Assembly: GCA_002104905.1 (NCBI GenBank)
Contig: MCFE01000123.1
Location: forward strand, 1 to 64,000
Length of the DNA: 64,000 bases
From: Basidiobolus meristosporus CBS 931.73
Lineage: Eukaryota; Fungi; Basidiobolomycota
Direction: 5' to 3'
This document shows positions 59,091 through 64,000 of this stretch, piece after piece. Position numbers and translations under genes: made by a program. The number at the start of each line of letters is the position of its first letter. Position 1 is the first letter of the stretch. Below the pieces are notes generated by a model. It made no database searches. It was not told the DNA's origin and saw nothing but the letters and a program-made list of their open reading frames with translations.

Positions 59091-62000
59091 AATAGCCGGC
59101 TGAAAAGGTATGTATTTTCTTCATTGGTATTGATTGAATCATCAGCTGGTTGGCCAATGACTTCAGTGGCTTTCTGATCTGAATTCTCCTTTGATAATAC
59201 AGCCCTGCTATTGCTCAGCATCTACATTTTACCATCACACACTCTATACCCAATGGTATCTTCACAATGCACAAGAAAGATCCCGTTTCAACTGTTTGGT
59301 TTTTACTTAGCATGTTTTTGTCAGGCATGTGAAAGAAAACATCACTGCCAAAGATCATGAGGTGCCAGAGGTCTGATTTTTTGCCTGTGTATGCTTCAAA
59401 GGGTGTGGAACGACAAAAAACCATGTTTATGGGCATCTATTCTTCATATATACTGCAGTAGCCGCAGCTTCAGCCTAGAACCTGTTGCCATTTTCCTTAT
59501 TATGAGACATACATCTTCCCATCTCTAGTATTGCTCTATTTGCACATTTTGCCACTTCATTTAGCTATGGAGTATGTGGAGCAATATTGTGCTAGAGTGT
59601 TCCAGTAGTTGAGCAATATTTTGCAAACTCCTTGGAGCAGTGTTCTCATCCATTGTCACTGTGAAGTACCTTCAATGTGACACCCAGTTTGTGTTTCTTC
59701 CATACTCTTGATGTGCTTGAATGTCTCTAGAGCCTTATCCTTTGTCTGAGCAAGTACACCCATTTATATCTTGTCTTGTCATCAGTGAACAACATAAATA
59801 TCTCTTGGTTCCAAAGGAGTGGTTCTCTTGTGTCCACAAATATCTGAGTGCACAATAGCCAGTACTTTGGTGTAATTAGGGCCTCATGAGCTCCTGAGAC
59901 ACTGCTTGGCTTGTTTGCCATATGAACATCCCTTACAGACACCCAATTTGATTGCAACTGACTAATTATGCACAAAGTATGCTGATTTCTCACCACTGGG
60001 CCTCATTATCTGTCCCTCAATGTGTCCTAGCCTTCTATGCTACATCCCCCAGTTAGCTTCCTCCATTTCAGCAATGTTGACATACTCAGGTACAATGAGC
60101 TTGCATTGTAAGTTGTATATCTTGTGATCTCTGATTTTCAAAGCTAACTTTTGTCTATTTTCACTCAATATTGGGCAGCTTAGCTCAGTGAAAACATTTT
60201 CAGTCCCTGAGTAGCTGCTTTACTGAGTGAGTGTAGTTTCTTAGCTATTCCAGGAACATAGAGGTACATAAATCAGTTTGGCTGTTGTTGCCTCTGGGAT
60301 ATCACTCAAATTTAGCAGTATAGACCCATCAGCTGTAGCTTCCAGTGCAAAGTTGTCTCCCAGATAAACCTTTCTTGTTGGAATAGTCTTCAGGTTGCTG
60401 AACTACTCCTTTATACCAAAAGTATACTGTGCTGCTCCAGAGTCAATATACCCTCCATTACTTTGGTTACTTGCACTCTCTTGTACAGTTACAAGTAGCT
60501 GCTAATCTGTATTTTATGGTTTGCCTGCCTAGTTTGTGTTTTTTTTGTCCACATGTTTCTTCTTGTAATCTCTTGCCTAGTGTCCTGACTTCTTACAGTA
60601 GTTACAGCTACCAGGTCTTCTTCAGTTTTGTTGCCTTCCTTTCTTTTCTGTATGTCTTTCTGAGCTGAATAGACACTATCTTCATTTTTCTCTGCGTGAT
60701 CATTACATCTGAGCTCTTCATGGAGAAGTATTCCTTTGACATAGTCTAAGGATATATTGTCTTCTCTGCTTCCAAAAGCAAGTATGAGTGACTTCATCAT
60801 TTACACCAGCATTAATACTGTAAAGGTCTTCTGCAAGTGTCTCTAACCTGATAATGAGTTGCAGCATGACATCATCTAGCTTCTTGCGTATGTTTAAGAA
60901 CTTTTGCATTAAACAATGCTAGCTTGATACTGACTTTGCTCTAAAGATCTCTTCTAAGGACTGCCATGCTGCTTTGACAGTATTTGAAGCATGAATTTGT
61001 CCAATGAAGGAATCTTGTAAATTGAAACATATGGCATTAGAGGCCTTTCCCTCCTTTTCTTGAAACTCATCCACTTCATCTGCTGTTCCTTCAGGCTCTA
61101 CTTCTTCTTCTGTTCCTATATTTTAAATCTTTCTTTCCTCAAGGCAGATATGCATCTTGATTCTTCAAAATTGGTAATTAGTTCCATCAAGCCTCTCCCT
61201 TGGGGGAGAATGTTTGTGTTACTCTGCTTGCTGGTGGGAGTCATCATTAGAATAAAATAAGGCAATTGGGGCTCATATCCTATGGCAATTTAAGAAGTGA
61301 TGTGGATATAAGAAACCTATCAAGAAATAGTGTTAATAATTGAGCAGTAGCATATTCATAAAAAAGCTCAGTACTTATGCCTTTGTGGAAGTTATACAAT
61401 TGTGACATTCAGTAAGGAGAGTTTCTCAACATTCAGGAGTATACCATCACAATTTTAGGGTTAATACATAATAGACTTGTTCCATCGTACCGTGCGAGGG
61501 CGCGCGGCGCAATCTGCGGTCGCAAAGAACAATCGGGCGCGATATTATGGCTCCCAGAAGACAGGATTGTTCTTGGACAATTTCGCACTATGCGGGACGA
61601 TCTCGCACACTATGGCACAATCTGACACAATGAGGTTGGCACGGATGATCGCGCCAACTCGTAATGTTTGCATCACGTGCGCGATCGGATACCGCTATAA
61701 TGGCAGGTAAAATCCGGTATTTGGATATGTTTCTTTAATGTAAATGGAAATAAATGTGTATCACACTATAAACTATACTGATGCTTACCATTTTGGTTAC
61801 CCTCACTCCAATTGGACGGTATCTCAGTGGTTAATTGGTCCAAAAGTATCATGAAGCTGGCATCCCCCAATTGGCTCATTGACCACTAAAAAAGCTACCT
61901 GATTTGCCAACAAATATCCCATTTTGCCCATTGAGCAAGTAAATCCCTGATCCTAGTGATTGGGCAAGGTGTCATAGCTAGCATGCAAGCAATCGTGTAG

Positions 62001-62215
62001 GTGCGGAACAGATCCAATTGCTGCACTGGTATTACAGATGACGTATATATATGCAGGGTGTTTATTTATAGGGGTTCTGTCTCAAATGTGAGACGACCTT
62101 GATATTACTTATATCAAAAATTTGATGATCACTGATTTGCGATGGCTCAATTCGGATCGCAAAAAAAAAGGGTTGTCGGGATCATTACGAATGTGAGCGA
62201 TTCAAAGCGATCGCA

Positions 62216-63463
62216 TCATCTTCTCCTGGGTTTTTTTCTCACAGGGATTACTACTGAAGCATTTGGTAGTGACTCACTTTGCACACCTATACTACTTCCA
62301 GGCTGACTATCATCTTGGCTACTTGTGTATTCGTAGTCAGTATTTTGCCTCCTAGTTGATGACTGCGATGCTGCAGCTTGGCCGCGCTGAATTGCTCCGA
62401 CTGAACTAACTGAACCGGCCTGTAGTGCCACGCGCTGACGCGTTCTTTTACTTGCCAAGGGCTCTGGTGGTTGAGGCACTTCATGTTGGTCATCATCAGT
62501 CAGTTCACCAGAAGTAACTCGCTGATGGTCGGGCAAAACGGCACGCACAGGCACGCCTTGACGCGTTGAGATGGCCCTTGGCTGAGTTCAATGGGATGCC
62601 GCATGTTGACGCAACTCGGTCCGCTCCAATGGACTCGTGTCTAAATGAGCAGTTTGGCGAGTTCTTGTAGTTTTGCTCTGAAGCGCGCGCGTTGACCCGA
62701 CGCGCGTTGACTCAACGCGGGGCGTTCTGGTAAAGGGTGTTGGCGTGGTCTGGACTGACGTGCGCCGGCGCGCTGTGGTTGCAAGAGATGGTAGGGAATC
62801 CAGCAAGGCGTGCTGGCGCGATCTGGACGATGTTGCCCGCGGTCTGTATTCTTCCTCCTGAAGCTCACCATCTGATTCCTCAAGGTATTCACTTACCCTC
62901 TGTCTGATACTTTGGAGCTGTTGCCTGGATGAGTCCTGTGTATATTGCTCTCGGAAGCCACTTAGCTCTACTAATATATCACATAGTACATTAGTCATTT
63001 GAGGCAAAAACTCATTCAAAATCTCTTTGGTTCCCAAAGTTGAGGCATGAACGGACGCGTCCGGCCCGTACTGTGCAAATTGCGCGCGAAATCGTTCCCG
63101 CGCGGCTTCTTCGTCAAATCCCCTCACTCTCAGCTCATTCTTGATTTCAATACTTGTCTTGTTATATATCTCTTTACATACATCGGCTGGCATCTTGATG
63201 TAGAACTCATGCCACAGCTTTCTACTCAAATTCTTCCATCTTTGTTGACTCTCTGAGGTATCTAGTTCTGCTAGATTAATCAGTAGTGCCCAAATATCTG
63301 TATGAAGGCTCATCATAGACACTTGGGCCATACTAAAATCATTTGGCGAGAACTCAAACGGATCCAACATCGACTTTTCCGGTCCGGACCGCGCTTGTGA
63401 GCTGGGAGATGGGTTTTGTCTGGGTTGTACTAAAGATGAGTTGAGGCTTGGTATGGGGACCAT
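62216..63463 (-). pseudogene. Accessory ORF1 of the Pangu-like element (~415 aa ancestral), one premature stop
   Basis: ORFs 62588..63463 and 62216..62554 are in the same frame, separated by a single TGA at 62588-62590. Trp-containing helical N-terminal half, S/T/R-rich tail, terminal RKKPRRR NLS-like motif. Confidence 0.8.
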
Positions 63464-63822
63464 AGCAACGGATTTGGATACTTATACAGCAGTATATTGG
63501 CATCAACCTGGTCTTATATGAAATATATATGAAAACTAATGTGATTGTTGAATTTTCCATATATTATGCATGATGCATCTCGGATCGCGTTGACATGGAT
63601 CAGATCACATCAATCGCAGATTTCCTATTTGATTATAGACCTATGATTAAAGCATCAATAAAAGTACCAAGGCATTGTTTGTGGATGATTTTTGCGACAT
63701 AATGATGGGATACATGGCAATTGATGGAGATTTAACCATAATGTGTTAAAAATCAGATAAATAAGGCGGATCGCGCCGAATCGATTCAAACCGCCTTTAT
63801 ACGATCATCCATCAATTTTAAT

Positions 63823-64000
63823 ATGACTTACTCATCTGAATGGTCTTTTCTCATCAATCCCATCACTACCACTGGATTTCCTTTTGACACACTGGAGGAG
63901 ATCTATACCAAGTACTGTGGACCATCAACCCCAATCTACTCAAGGAGATCCCTTGTTAAGCTTCTCTGCTATTACAAGAACTATTGCCCTACAAGGTTTC
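63823..64000 (+). CDS. 5' end of the DDE transposase of copy C (partial)
   Basis: ATG at 63823 gives MTYSSEWSFLINPITTTGFPFDTLEEIYTKYCGP..., open to the window edge and homologous to copies A and B. Confidence 0.8.
   Translation, partial: MTYSSEWSFLINPITTTGFPFDTLEEIYTKYCGPSTPIYSRRSLVKLLCYYKNYCPTRF

Larger units (their letters stand above)
53720..61472 (-). mobile_element. Ty1/copia family 2 element, fragmented by nested insertions
   Basis: PBS (GGATATGAGCCC on the minus strand, ~61269-61280); gag LDGTNYQF..IKM; protease/integrase remnants at 59100-60500; RT fragments VAKGCSQILGLDF and VYVDNPII. Interrupted by copy B (55650-59090), an insert at ~54170-55000, and copy C in its 5' LTR. Confidence 0.8.
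61473..64000 (+). mobile_element. PHIS/Pangu-like DNA transposon, copy C (least decayed; truncated by window edge)
   Basis: AGACTTGTTCCA at 61473 preceded by AAT; colinear with copy A minus its inserts; retains many CpGs. Confidence 0.92.

Noticed and set aside
27130-63463. Alternative genetic code or TGA read-through explaining in-frame stops
   Set aside because: Stops are confined to CpG-decayed repeats and traceable to CGA; host genes use standard stops.

Overview
Eukaryotic DNA, most likely from an early-diverging fungus (inferred from spliceosomal introns, fungal-type housekeeping genes and a bacterial-style NRPS). The window has two contrasting halves. (1) 1-27 kb is gene-rich and keeps its CpGs. 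It holds a tandem pair of small secreted Cys/Tyr-rich protein genes, a copia solo LTR, and an intronless 3244-aa NRPS (C*-A-T-E/C-A-T-C-A-T-TE) whose third A domain and thioesterase have lost catalytic residues. These are followed by a UapA-type purine permease, cwc2 (7 exons) head-to-head with rix7, ola1 and a 3-exon DMT-family transporter. (2) 27-64 kb is a nested transposon graveyard with near-complete CpG-to-TpG/CpA decay. It contains two Ty1/copia families with half-tRNA-iMet primer sites, several Ty3-like solo LTRs with target-site duplications (TSDs), CACTA/Tnp2-like transposase fragments, and three copies of a ~3.4-kb two-ORF PHIS/Harbinger-group DNA transposon (TIR AGACTTGTTC, AWT TSD, Pangu-like). 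Four CpG-erased tRNA pseudogenes (Ile, Asp, Glu, Thr) lie between two colinear halves of a Tnp2 transposase. All alignments and motif calls were made by eye; no searches were run.
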